Shown one piece after another: positions 35,848 to 45,612 of a DNA stretch of 64,000 nt. The DNA is from Cyclobacteriaceae bacterium. Lineage in GTDB: Bacteria > Bacteroidota > Bacteroidia > Cytophagales > Cyclobacteriaceae. A model generated the notes under the pieces. The model had not been told where the DNA came from and did not search any database. It saw nothing but the letters and a program-made list of their open reading frames with translations. Where the stretch lies: NCBI GenBank assembly GCA_046541235.1, contig JBKHDR010000011.1, forward strand, positions 518-64,517, given 5' to 3'. The translations under genes were made by a program, and so were the position numbers. Positions within the stretch are counted from its first letter, which is position 1; every line of letters starts with the position of its first letter.

Positions 35848-38208
35848 TCAGAAAATGCTTTCTTCGTCAAGTTCTTCCAATTCTTCTATCATCAGAGAAT
35901 CAGATTCCTGCAGTAGCTCAGGCTTGTACTTACCGCAGTCTATTTCAATATTAATACCCCCGGCAGGACGTTCAAAAGGACCTTTTTCGTAATCGAGACG
36001 CTCGTCATTGTACACGCGCTTCATGTACTCCACCCACAAAGGCATGGCCATACGGGCACCCTGCCCAAGCGCCAAGGTACTGAAATGTACGCTACGGTTG
36101 TCGCCTCCTACCCAGGCACCTGACACGAGGTCTTTGGTAACTCCCATAAACCAGCCGTCGGAATAGTTGGAAGTGGTACCGGTCTTGGCGCCAATCTCAT
36201 TGCCCTCCCTCAACTCACGTGGGATTCCCCGTCCTGTACCTCCGCTTTCTTCGGTGGCGCCTCTGAGCATGTACAGCATCAGGTAGGCAGTCTCTTCGCT
36301 CAGTGCCTCCCGGGTATTGACCGGGTGCTCGTAGAGCATATTTCCGTCTTTGTCTTCAATGCGGGTAATAAATACAGGTTCAGTCCAGGTACCGTGATTG
36401 GCAAAAGTACTGTAAGCCCCTACCATTTCGTAGACCGATACATCACCTCCACCTCCCAGCGCCAGAGAGGGTACCGCTTCTATATTGCTGGTAATGCCCA
36501 GCCTGCGGGCATAATCTACCACGGTAGAAGGTCCCAGCCTTTTCATGATGAAAGCGGTAATGGAATTCTTGGACTGAGCCATGGCCTGACGAATGGTCAT
36601 CTGTTCGCCAGAATACTCACCTTCCGCATTTTTGGGCGTCCAGGTATCTTCTTCCCCGTCGTTAATCACATTAAAGGTGACAGGTGCATCCACTACTTCA
36701 TAGCAGGGAGAATAGCCGTTGTCGATGGCAGCAGCGTACACAAATGGCTTGAAGGTAGAACCAGGCTGCCGCTTACCCTGCATCACGTGATCGTATTTGA
36801 AATGCTTGTAGTTGATTCCTCCTACCCATGCTTTCACGTGTCCGTTGTGGGGGTCCATAGACATGAAACCGGCATGCAGGAAATGCTGCATATACTTGAT
36901 GGAATCCAGAGGACTCAGCACGGTATCCTTCTCAAAATCCTCATTGTCCCAGGTGAAGACGGTCATATCCACCGGGGTATTCATCACAATATCTATAGAA
37001 TCATTGCCTCTGCCATACTGACGTTCCAGGCTACGGTAACGATCCGAGCGTTTGGCCAGCACAGGAATAAAATCTTTCAGCACTTTGCCATCTTCATCAC
37101 GCCAGGGCGCTCCTCTGTCCTTCCAATGGTCAAAAAATAGAGCCTGCTGCCGCTTCATGTGGGTTTTCACCGCTTCTTCGGCATGCTCCTGCATCCGGCT
37201 GTCAATGGTTGTATAAATGCGCAGCCCGTCTTCAAACAGGTCATACCCATGCTCATTAGCCCACTCCAGCAGCCATCCTCTGAGTACAGAACGAAAGTAA
37301 GTTGCCGATCCTTCGGTATGGCTGTCTACCTTAAAATCGAGCTCAATGGGCATGGCAATCAGTGAATCATATTCATTCTCGTTGATAAATCCGTACTTTT
37401 CCATTTGCCCGATCACCACATTGCGTCGCTTTTTTGAGTTTTCAGGATTACGGGCCGGGTTGTAGTAGGTAGCAGCCTTGAGCATGCCTATCAGGGTAGC
37501 AGACTCCTCCACAGTAAGGTCAGCAGGATATTTGTTGAAGAAGGTCTTGGCAGCGACTTTGATACCGTAGGAGTTGCTGCTGAACTCTGCCGTGTTGAGG
37601 TACATGGCAAGAATTTCTTTCTTGGTATAATATTTTTCCAGTTGAACGGCTACAATCCACTCTTTGGTCTTGACGATCAGCATGCGCAGGCCGGGAATCT
37701 TCATCAGGGGCCCTTCATTGTCGCCTGTCCTCGTTTTGTAGAGGTTTTTCGCAGTTTGTTGAGAAAGTGTACTCCCCCCCCCTTCCAGGTCGCTGTTGCC
37801 GAAAGTTACTACATATTTAAATACGCCCCAGGCTACCCGGGTAAGACTGATCAGGTCAATACCACTGTGTTCGGTAAAGCGAAAGTCTTCTGTAGCTATC
37901 AGTGCATTGACCAGGTTAGGCGACAACTCTTCGTAAGCTACCGGGCTTCGGTTTTCGCGATAGTATTTTCCCAACAGCACATTGTCGGACGAATAAAGCT
38001 CTGATGACAGGTCGCTTTTAGGATTCTCGAGGGCCTCCAGGCTGGGCAGCCCTCCGTAAAGGCCCAGAAAGTCGTTGCTTACGGATATTACATAAAGAGG
38101 GAAAAGAATAATGAAGGCACCAAAGGCACCCCACAGCCCTCTCACAATCCAGGTATAGAGGCGGCTATTTCCCTCTTTTCCCTGATTCTTCTTAGTTATT
38201 GTGGACAT
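35848..38208 (-). CDS. Class A penicillin-binding protein (PBP1A, transglycosylase + transpeptidase)
   Basis: TGase EDFRF, HSGID, GGSTLSQQTAKNL, YLN; TPase QPGSTFK (SxxK), SKN (SxN), KTGT. Confidence 0.95.
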   Translation of the reverse strand: MSTITKKNQGKEGNSRLYTWIVRGLWGAFGAFIILFPLYVISVSNDFLGLYGGLPSLEALENPKSDLSSELYSSDNVLLGKYYRENRSPVAYEELSPNLVNALIATEDFRFTEHSGIDLISLTRVAWGVFKYVVTFGNSDLEGGGSTLSQQTAKNLYKTRTGDNEGPLMKIPGLRMLIVKTKEWIVAVQLEKYYTKKEILAMYLNTAEFSSNSYGIKVAAKTFFNKYPADLTVEESATLIGMLKAATYYNPARNPENSKKRRNVVIGQMEKYGFINENEYDSLIAMPIELDFKVDSHTEGSATYFRSVLRGWLLEWANEHGYDLFEDGLRIYTTIDSRMQEHAEEAVKTHMKRQQALFFDHWKDRGAPWRDEDGKVLKDFIPVLAKRSDRYRSLERQYGRGNDSIDIVMNTPVDMTVFTWDNEDFEKDTVLSPLDSIKYMQHFLHAGFMSMDPHNGHVKAWVGGINYKHFKYDHVMQGKRQPGSTFKPFVYAAAIDNGYSPCYEVVDAPVTFNVINDGEEDTWTPKNAEGEYSGEQMTIRQAMAQSKNSITAFIMKRLGPSTVVDYARRLGITSNIEAVPSLALGGGGDVSVYEMVGAYSTFANHGTWTEPVFITRIEDKDGNMLYEHPVNTREALSEETAYLMLYMLRGATEESGGTGRGIPRELREGNEIGAKTGTTSNYSDGWFMGVTKDLVSGAWVGGDNRSVHFSTLALGQGARMAMPLWVEYMKRVYNDERLDYEKGPFERPAGGINIEIDCGKYKPELLQESDSLMIEELEELDEESIF

Positions 38209-38305
38209 TGGGTTTGAGCTATTTTTCTATGTCTGTAGGAATTCTAACGGCTTTAGGCTGAACAAAAATCAGACAAAATTATTTTCAGAAATTCTGTGTG
38301 TCAAT

Positions 38306-40924
38306 TTACATGTAATGCATCTCAAAAAAACGCAGATATTCATCTATAGCCTGTGTCTGATACAGTTTGTTCAGGTTATCCTCAGTAATGACAAAACTTT
38401 GCTGCACTGCGTTCCTTTGCTGATCACTCAACTGCTTCAGAGGTGAATTTTCTCCATTAAACTGTCGGTAGTATTCCATGGCTGCCTCTTTATCAGCAAA
38501 CTTCTCCACGATAATAAAAACGCGCCCGCTCTCCAGCATGAGGTTAGCTGTGTTCAGCGGATTGGCAGAAGAAAAAGACGCATTAAAAGTGTTGATGGCT
38601 TTGGGCAAATCTGTAGAAATATTTTCCTTATTGTCATACAGGATCACAAAGGAATGCGTACGATCAGGTCTTTCACGGAAGTTGGGTCCCCTGCGTCTGT
38701 TTTCTTCTTCTTTAAAGTTCCTGGATTTTTCCAGCAGTCCTTCTGCATATGCATAGAGGTCACTCTCCGGATAATTCTCCAGGAAATTCTGCAACGAAAG
38801 CTGGTACTGGTAGATATTACTGGTTTTAGCGTTGATCAGGGTCTGCAGCAGCACCATATTATCTACAAAGTCATTGTCGGGATACTCCCTGAGGCTGGCA
38901 TTCACTATGGCAGAGGCCTGCTCATAATCACCCTTCTTATAGAGGTCATAGGCTTCGCGGTAAACAGACTTGAGCTTTTCGCTGGCCAGGCTGCTTTCTT
39001 CCTGGTAATTGGGATTTTCCAGGATTTTAGCAAAGATACTCTCCGGATACTCCTGCATGAGGGTATTTTTGTAGCGGGTGGCCTGCTCAGCATCTAGTTC
39101 CTTATACAGAAGATAGAGCTCATAAAGTACCTCCGGGCGATAGGTTGATACAGGAAAGCGCGACATCATGGTCTCAAAAGCATCTATGGCATTCATTTTT
39201 TCCTGCAGGTCAAAATTGTAGATGCTTCCCAGTTTATAATAGGCTTCCTCAATCTGCCCCAGGGCGGCCGCCTGAGCTTCGGCAGTAAAGGGAATATTGG
39301 AATAATACTGTTCTTTCCGCTGGTCTGCCGTATTTTCGGTCACAGGTCCGGTGGTGGGTACATTCTCGGCAGCCTCTATCATTTCGGCATCATCCTGGGA
39401 GTAGTTGCCTTCTATGGTCTTCTCTGCCCTTCGCCAGTTATCTTCCAGCGGACGGTTGCCCCAGCGCCTGACGAAGGCCGTGCGCCCCATGCTGATGGCT
39501 GATGAACTATAGAAATACCAGTTTTCTCCCGTACCTGCCGAGGCATTTGCCCCAGCAAAGGGAGAGTCGGGCTGCCCAAAACTACTGCCGGCACTAGATG
39601 TGCGGGCAGCGCGCTTGTTTCTGGTCAGCAGCTTTTCTCTTTCTTTCATCAGGAGGTCTTCTTTACTGATGGCATCATCCAGGTAAGCGCTTAGTTCCAG
39701 TGAATCCATGCTGGCCAGTGCCAGCAGGCTGTCCTGCTCTTCTATAATGTTGAGCTGCGTCACAAAATTCTCCAGTACCTGCTGACGTTCGGAGATAGCC
39801 TGGTACTCCGGTTCATCGGCAGGCAGTACACTCATAGTACTGTCATAATAAAGTTTGGCAAGTTCGTATTCCTTTTTATCGTCATAGTAAATTTTGCCCA
39901 GGGCAAGATAGGCGTAAGCTTTTTGGCGATTATTACCCATACTTGACTGGATGGATTTGTTGTAATAATCAATAGCCTCCACGAGCCGGTCTTGCTTTTG
40001 CTCAAAGGCCGCCATTTCATAGTATATCTTATCCTTGAACTCAGTGTTCTTCTTATCCTTAAGCAGTTTTCTGAAGTATTTTCTGATTTTACGTATATCG
40101 TTTTCTTTAGAAAGGTCGTATACCTGCGCCATATTAAGACGGGCATAAAAGTAGAGTTCATACTCCGGGTTACTGGCGAGCACCTCTTTATAGTTTTGGT
40201 AAGCCTGGGCATCAAAGCCCAGTTGCTGGTACACCTGCCCGATGATAAAGTAAGTGCGCGCCCGGTCTTCGCTCTTCTTAAGCAGCGTAGCAGCCAGCAA
40301 TAAATTACCTACCATATTGCTGTAATCATCGTTGATTTGGGCCAGGTGCGCCTGTGTCAGATAATAGTTTGCCTTGTTAATCCGGTTAAGTTTTTCTTTT
40401 TTAAGATAGTCTGAAACGGCAATAGCGTTGTTCTGCTCCTGGGCTTCAATGAAAGTACGCATGAGCTTGATCAGGGCCTGGTGGCGGGCATCGTCGTCTT
40501 CGCTGCTGGTATTGACAAATTTGAAGGTTTTGATGGCATCCCCAAAATTCTGGTTATAAAGGCGGCACTGCCCTATCAGGATGTAGCTGTCGTCGGCCCA
40601 GCGGCTGTTGGGATGGCGTTCAATGGAGATGGAAGCTTTTTTGATACATTCTTCCAGTTGAGGTTCCAGCCCGCTGATCAGGCCGGTATCCACTTCAGGA
40701 TAGATGCGGAGGATGTCGTTAAAGTTATTTTCCTGGCTTTCCAGAATAGCTGCCTGTATCTCGTCCATCTGCTGGTTGGCATAAAAATAAGCATTGTAAC
40801 GAGCGGTAGTATTATGATAAACACTGGCTACCATTCCGTTCTTTTCAGCCGCACATGCGCTAAGCAAAAGGACCAGCGACAGCAGAGGCAGAATGTAATA
40901 TTTGGAAAATTCTTTTACCTTCAA
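38306..40924 (-). CDS. porW: Type IX secretion/gliding TPR lipoprotein PorW/SprE
   Basis: Lipobox LSAC; YHNTTARYNAYF; WYFY...WGNRPLEDNWRR; many TPRs; divergent from the M23-bactofilin-atp cluster as is usual in Bacteroidota. Confidence 0.8.
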   Translation of the reverse strand: MKVKEFSKYYILPLLSLVLLLSACAAEKNGMVASVYHNTTARYNAYFYANQQMDEIQAAILESQENNFNDILRIYPEVDTGLISGLEPQLEECIKKASISIERHPNSRWADDSYILIGQCRLYNQNFGDAIKTFKFVNTSSEDDDARHQALIKLMRTFIEAQEQNNAIAVSDYLKKEKLNRINKANYYLTQAHLAQINDDYSNMVGNLLLAATLLKKSEDRARTYFIIGQVYQQLGFDAQAYQNYKEVLASNPEYELYFYARLNMAQVYDLSKENDIRKIRKYFRKLLKDKKNTEFKDKIYYEMAAFEQKQDRLVEAIDYYNKSIQSSMGNNRQKAYAYLALGKIYYDDKKEYELAKLYYDSTMSVLPADEPEYQAISERQQVLENFVTQLNIIEEQDSLLALASMDSLELSAYLDDAISKEDLLMKEREKLLTRNKRAARTSSAGSSFGQPDSPFAGANASAGTGENWYFYSSSAISMGRTAFVRRWGNRPLEDNWRRAEKTIEGNYSQDDAEMIEAAENVPTTGPVTENTADQRKEQYYSNIPFTAEAQAAALGQIEEAYYKLGSIYNFDLQEKMNAIDAFETMMSRFPVSTYRPEVLYELYLLYKELDAEQATRYKNTLMQEYPESIFAKILENPNYQEESSLASEKLKSVYREAYDLYKKGDYEQASAIVNASLREYPDNDFVDNMVLLQTLINAKTSNIYQYQLSLQNFLENYPESDLYAYAEGLLEKSRNFKEEENRRRGPNFRERPDRTHSFVILYDNKENISTDLPKAINTFNASFSSANPLNTANLMLESGRVFIIVEKFADKEAAMEYYRQFNGENSPLKQLSDQQRNAVQQSFVITEDNLNKLYQTQAIDEYLRFFEMHYM

Positions 40925-41046
40925 ATGATTAATATTTAGATTTATACTAAAGCGTACGACTAAGTCACTGATTGCGAGTCACAAGCGTTAGTCTAATATA
41001 TTTAAATGGTTACTTTTGCCTGACAAGAGAATTTAACGACATCATT

Positions 41047-41919
41047 TTGAAACCCAGGAAGACACTTTCAAATCGCTTAACTACAAGGTATCTGCTAATC
41101 GTTCGCAATGAAGAAGATTTTGCTGAAAAAACCACGTTTACCTTTACTTACGCAAAGGTAGCTCTTTTCATTGTATCTCTCTTCATATTAATATTGACCG
41201 GCAGTTTGTTCCTGGTAAGCACCCTGCTGGAACAATGGTTTGACCCGCGTTATGCACAGGCAGAGTCTAACCGTCAGCTCATTGAGCTCTCTATGGCGGT
41301 AGATTCCCTGGAGCAGCAGGTACAGAAGAAACAGGCTTTTATCGGCTCATTTCAGCGCATTGTGAGTGGCGATTCTCTGACAGATAACGAAAGCTACCAT
41401 CTTGAAAATGCAGGCGACCGGGCAGTGACCAACAACAGTACTGGACTGACCGATGTATCGGACGTAGATGAGCAGTTCAGGCAGGAATTTGAAGAAAATG
41501 GGGTGGAATTGCTGACCGTAAATGCCAACACCAATGCCAGCCAGCTTGATGAATTGTTTTTTTTCACACCGCTTACCGGCATTATATCTTCGGCTTACAA
41601 TCCCAAGATCGGACACTATGGCGTAGATATTGTTTCAAAGAAGAACGAACCGATCAAGGCTGTGGCTGATGGTACGGTCATCCTATCCTCATGGACGCAG
41701 GATGCGGGTTATGTCATCACGGTTCAGCACAAAAGCAATGTAATTTCAGTTTATAAACATAATTCCAGCCTGCTCAAGAAGTCGGGAGATTTTGTAAATG
41801 CGGGAGATGTCATTGCCATTATCGGGAATACAGGAGAGTTGACCTCCGGGCCGCACCTGCACTTTGAGCTATGGTACAACGGCAACCCGGTAGACCCTGA
41901 AGAATTTGTATCATTTTAA
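41047..41919 (+). CDS. M23 family metallopeptidase
   Basis: HYGVD (HxxxD), AVADG, YKHN, GNTGELTSGPHLHFELW (HxH). Likely TTG start at 41047. Confidence 0.9.
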   Translation: MKPRKTLSNRLTTRYLLIVRNEEDFAEKTTFTFTYAKVALFIVSLFILILTGSLFLVSTLLEQWFDPRYAQAESNRQLIELSMAVDSLEQQVQKKQAFIGSFQRIVSGDSLTDNESYHLENAGDRAVTNNSTGLTDVSDVDEQFRQEFEENGVELLTVNANTNASQLDELFFFTPLTGIISSAYNPKIGHYGVDIVSKKNEPIKAVADGTVILSSWTQDAGYVITVQHKSNVISVYKHNSSLLKKSGDFVNAGDVIAIIGNTGELTSGPHLHFELWYNGNPVDPEEFVSF

Positions 41920-41943
41920 TCTTACATATTAGACCACAAGCAC

Positions 41944-42414
41944 ATGTCTATGTTCAGTAACAATCCTAAGGAGAAGGTCAAGCCAGAAGAAGTAGCCACC
42001 AACTCCAGCAGCATTATCGGAAAAGGCACTTCTGTAGAAGGTGACCTCAACACGGCAGGCAATATCAGAATTGAAGGAGATGTAAAGGGTAATGTAAGCT
42101 GCCAATCAAAAATTGCCCTCGGACAGTCATCTTACGTAGAAGGGACTGTTCTGGCACAAAATGCCGAGATCGCCGGCGAGATACAGGGCTCTATTGAAGT
42201 AGCTGATCTGCTTATCCTGCGCCCTACTGCTGTCATTCACGGTGATATCGTAACTAATAAACTGATCGTGGAATCTGGCGCCACCTTCAACGGCTCATGC
42301 CGCATGGGAGTATCCGTCAGCGAAATTGACCTGGAGAAAGATGAGCGAAAAGAAGGAAACAAGCCCAAATCAGAAACAGAACGATCAGAAGAAACACAGT
42401 CAAGAACAGCTTAA
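41944..42414 (+). CDS. Bactofilin (polymer-forming cytoskeletal protein)
   Basis: IIGKGTSVEGDL..IRIEGDVKGNV...GEIQGSI..IHGDI..LIVESGATFNGSCRM. Confidence 0.92.
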   Translation: MSMFSNNPKEKVKPEEVATNSSSIIGKGTSVEGDLNTAGNIRIEGDVKGNVSCQSKIALGQSSYVEGTVLAQNAEIAGEIQGSIEVADLLILRPTAVIHGDIVTNKLIVESGATFNGSCRMGVSVSEIDLEKDERKEGNKPKSETERSEETQSRTA

Positions 42415-42598
42415 GACCTACGTCAGGTATTCTGGACTGGCTTTTCAGATGATGGCAGTGCTCGGGCTTGCGGTCTGGGGCGGCTTAAAGTTGGATGATA
42501 GCGTGGGAAACGACTTTCCGCTGTTTATGATTACCTTTGCGTTGCTGGCCTTTGTGGCCAGTCTGATTGTGACTATAAGAAGCTTACCTAAGGATTGA
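42341..42598 (+). CDS. AtpZ/AtpI family protein
   Basis: YSGLAFQM...G.KLD, two TM segments, directly upstream of the atp genes. Start placed at ATG 42341. Confidence 0.8.
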   Translation: MSEKKETSPNQKQNDQKKHSQEQLKTYVRYSGLAFQMMAVLGLAVWGGLKLDDSVGNDFPLFMITFALLAFVASLIVTIRSLPKD

Positions 42599-42993
42599 AT
42601 ACACTACTCACTCGCAAGCCGTGGCTGGCGATCACCATTTATTCCTCGCTGCTTGCCTTATTTACTTTTGCAGTTAAATACCTGGCTCCCGGGCTTGTGC
42701 ATCAGGGAGCCTTTTACATTTTACTCTTTTTTTACCTGCTCACCCTGCTTACCCACTATCTTTCCCTGAGTGGTCTCGGTGACTCAGTAGAGCGGTTTTC
42801 TGTCTTTTTCTTTACCTCCATGATCATGCGCCTGCTGCTCAGCGCTGGCGTGGTACTGGTAGCCCTGCTGCTGCAGATTCCTGAGCGGATCAGCTTTGCC
42901 CTCAACCTGGTAGTTCTTTATTTCGCTTTTTTAATTTTTGAAATAAATGCCTTATTAACTACCTTGCGCTCAAATTTTCAAAAGAGGGCATAA
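42595..42993 (+). CDS. AtpI-like membrane protein
   Basis: Four TM segments, position before atpB, 4-nt overlap with the upstream gene. Confidence 0.65.
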   Translation: MNTLLTRKPWLAITIYSSLLALFTFAVKYLAPGLVHQGAFYILLFFYLLTLLTHYLSLSGLGDSVERFSVFFFTSMIMRLLLSAGVVLVALLLQIPERISFALNLVVLYFAFLIFEINALLTTLRSNFQKRA

Positions 42994-42994
42994 A

Positions 42995-44107
42995 ATGCGG
43001 AAAAAAGACCAGAAACACTATCATAACTTACTCCAAATCAGCATTATATTCTTTGTTTTACTCTTCGGCATCAATCCCCTGCAAGCTGCTGAAGTAGAAC
43101 CTGACACTGAAACTGAAGGACCTACTGAATTTATTTTCCACCACGTAGCCGATGCCTATGACTGGCATTTCACCACTATCGGGCATACCCACGTCACCCT
43201 GCCACTGCCAGTCATACTCTACTCTGAAGATCGTGGCCTGGAAGTTTTTATGTCTTCCAATTTCCTGGATGAAGACCATAACTATGTACCCTATAAAGGC
43301 TATATGCTGCTGGATGATGGCTCTCACCTGGTATCGGTAGAAGAAGGTCGTACCTTCTATGACTTTTCCATTACCAAGAACGTAGCCGCTATGATACTGA
43401 GCGTCATTGTCATGCTCATCATTTTCCCTGCGGTGGCCTCCAGCTATAAGAAGCATCCTAAATCGGCTCCCAGCGGACTGCAGTCTTTTATTGAGCCCGT
43501 AGTAGTATTTATCAGGGATGAAGTGGCAATTCCTGCCATAGGCGAGCGTAAGTACAAGAAATTCATGCCTTTCCTGCTGACGGTTTTCTTCTTTATTCTG
43601 GTCAATAACCTGCTGGGCTTGCTGCCTGGTGCAGCCAACGTGACCGGCAATATCTCCATTACACTGACACTGGCATTCCTGACCTTCATCATTACCCAGT
43701 TTAGTGGCAATAAATACTACTGGCAGCACGTGTTTAACACGCCGGGCGTACCTGCCTGGCTGCTCCCCATCATGATTCCGGTAGAGATCATCGGTTTGTT
43801 TACCAAGCCTTTCTCACTGATGGTGAGGCTTTTTGCCAACATCACCGCAGGCCACATCATCATACTGAGTATCATTGGCCTGGTGTTCATCTTTGAAAGC
43901 CTGGCAGTAGGAGTGGTCAGTGTACTGTTTGCCACTGTGATGAACTTTCTCGAGCTGCTGGTAGCCTTCCTACAGGCCTTTGTATTTACGCTGCTCTCGG
44001 CCATTTACTTTGGCGGAGCGGTAGAGGAGCATCATCATGAAGAAGGCAAGGTGCTGGAGGGCGAACATGACCGTGCGCCCTTGCAGTCTGACTCTGCCAT
44101 GGTATAA
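42995..44107 (+). CDS. atpB: F0F1 ATP synthase subunit a
   Basis: NLLGLLP, TGNI, KPFSLMVRLFANITAGH, LQAFVFTLL; Bacteroidota-type N-terminal extension. Confidence 0.97.
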   Translation: MRKKDQKHYHNLLQISIIFFVLLFGINPLQAAEVEPDTETEGPTEFIFHHVADAYDWHFTTIGHTHVTLPLPVILYSEDRGLEVFMSSNFLDEDHNYVPYKGYMLLDDGSHLVSVEEGRTFYDFSITKNVAAMILSVIVMLIIFPAVASSYKKHPKSAPSGLQSFIEPVVVFIRDEVAIPAIGERKYKKFMPFLLTVFFFILVNNLLGLLPGAANVTGNISITLTLAFLTFIITQFSGNKYYWQHVFNTPGVPAWLLPIMIPVEIIGLFTKPFSLMVRLFANITAGHIIILSIIGLVFIFESLAVGVVSVLFATVMNFLELLVAFLQAFVFTLLSAIYFGGAVEEHHHEEGKVLEGEHDRAPLQSDSAMV

Positions 44108-44146
44108 GATCTTTCTTTTTTTCCATATATAAATAGTTTAATCCTT

Positions 44147-44407
44147 ATGTTGTTAGCTTTATTATTACAAGCTGCCGCTGAAACGGTTTCTGGTTTAGGA
44201 ATCATGGGCGCAGGTCTCGGTGCCGGAATAGTTGCATTAGGCGCTGGTCTAGGTATCGGTAAAATCGGTGGTTCCGCTATGGAAGCCATCGCCCGTCAGC
44301 CCGAAGCCGCTGGTAGAATCCAGACGGCCATGATTATCGTAGCCGCTCTGATTGAAGGTGTTGCCCTGTTTGGGGTAATTATCTGTTTGATCATAGCGAC
44401 TGCCTAA
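44147..44407 (+). CDS. atpE: ATP synthase subunit c
   Basis: GAGLGIGKIG, ARQPE, LIEG (proton-binding Glu). Confidence 0.97.
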   Translation: MLLALLLQAAAETVSGLGIMGAGLGAGIVALGAGLGIGKIGGSAMEAIARQPEAAGRIQTAMIIVAALIEGVALFGVIICLIIATA

Positions 44408-44420
44408 GGAACAAAGAAAG

Positions 44421-44449
44421 CTGGCTCCTGGCATTAGGCCCGGAGCCAG
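44421..44449 (+). other. Intercistronic hairpin between atpE and atpF
   Basis: CTGGCTCC...GGAGCCAG stem followed by ttatttt; possible attenuator or stabiliser that raises the c-subunit ratio. Confidence 0.6.
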
Positions 44450-44495
44450 TTATTTTCACTTTAACTCTAATATTTACACCATAGATTAAGCTACC

Positions 44496-44990
44496 ATGGA
44501 TCTTATTACCCCAGATTCCGGCCTTATATTCTGGCAGATACTTATCTTCCTCTCCGTACTGTTTGTACTCGGAAAGTTTGCATGGAAACCCATGCTGAAC
44601 GCACTGGATGAAAGAGAAAACTCTATACAGGAAGCGCTACTGGCCGCCGACAGAGCGCGTAATGAAATGTCTGCGTTAAAAGCTGACAATGAAAAGCTGC
44701 TGGCCGAAGCCCGCAGAGAAAGGGATAATATCCTGAAAGATGCTACTGCCGCTGCCAACAAACTGCGCGAAGAAGCCAGAGAGCAGGCTGCTAAAGACAG
44801 TGCACGCATTGTTGAAGACGCCCGTGCTTCAATTGAAACACAGAAGAAAGCTGCCCTGGCTGAAGTAAAAAAACAGGTTGCAGAACTTTCCGTGGAAATC
44901 GCCGAGAAGATTCTGCGTGAGCAGCTTAGCAACGACCAGGCCCAGAAAGCGTATGTAGCCAAACTTGTGAAGGATATCAATGTTAACTAA
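44496..44990 (+). CDS. atpF: ATP synthase subunit b
   Basis: FWQ...KFAWKP..LDERE..I coiled coil. Confidence 0.96.
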   Translation: MDLITPDSGLIFWQILIFLSVLFVLGKFAWKPMLNALDERENSIQEALLAADRARNEMSALKADNEKLLAEARRERDNILKDATAAANKLREEAREQAAKDSARIVEDARASIETQKKAALAEVKKQVAELSVEIAEKILREQLSNDQAQKAYVAKLVKDINVN

Positions 44991-45022
44991 TTGCTTTTCA
45001 GCAACTTTAATATCATCAGCCC

Positions 45023-45580
45023 ATGGCAAATAGCAGGGTAGCCGCCCGATACGCAAAATCACTACTTGATCTGGCCAATGAAAGAAACATGCTGGATGAG
45101 GTATATAAGGATATGCTTTATTTTCAGCAGGTAAGCAAACAAAATCGCGACCTGCTGCTGATGCTTCGTAACCCCATCATCAATCATGATAAGAAGAAAG
45201 CAGTACTCTATGCCATATTTCAGGGTAAGGTCACTGCATCTACGCTTGCGGTTTTTGATATCATTACCCGAAAAAACCGGGAAAAGGTCCTGCCTGAACT
45301 GGCAGAGTCATTTGTAATACAGTACCGTCAGTACAAAGGTATCGACAAAGCTACTGTAACCACTCCCTTTCCGCTGACTGATAGTATGCGGGCTGAGTTT
45401 ATGAGGATGATTACCACGAAAACCGGCAGGAAAGTAGATCTTGAAGAAAAGGTTGACCCGGAACTGATAGGGGGCTTTGTCCTTAAAATTGGCGATCAGC
45501 AGATGGATAATTCTGTGAAGGGCAAACTAAGTGCACTTCGCTATGAGTTTTCTGATGAAAGCTACACCAAAGCGATATAG
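45023..45580 (+). CDS. atpH: ATP synthase subunit delta
   Basis: VAARYAKSL, NPII, VDPELIGGFVLKIGD..MDNSV. Confidence 0.96.
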   Translation: MANSRVAARYAKSLLDLANERNMLDEVYKDMLYFQQVSKQNRDLLLMLRNPIINHDKKKAVLYAIFQGKVTASTLAVFDIITRKNREKVLPELAESFVIQYRQYKGIDKATVTTPFPLTDSMRAEFMRMITTKTGRKVDLEEKVDPELIGGFVLKIGDQQMDNSVKGKLSALRYEFSDESYTKAI

Positions 45581-45612
45581 AAATTCATATTACTACAAAA
45601 ACCTGATATATA

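Noticed and set aside
37774-37782. C9 tract (G9 on the coding strand) in PBP1A; also a C8 tract near 60201 in pspC
   Set aside because: Both are in frame and encode Gly-rich motifs (GGGST). There is no frameshift, and phase variation is unlikely in these genes.
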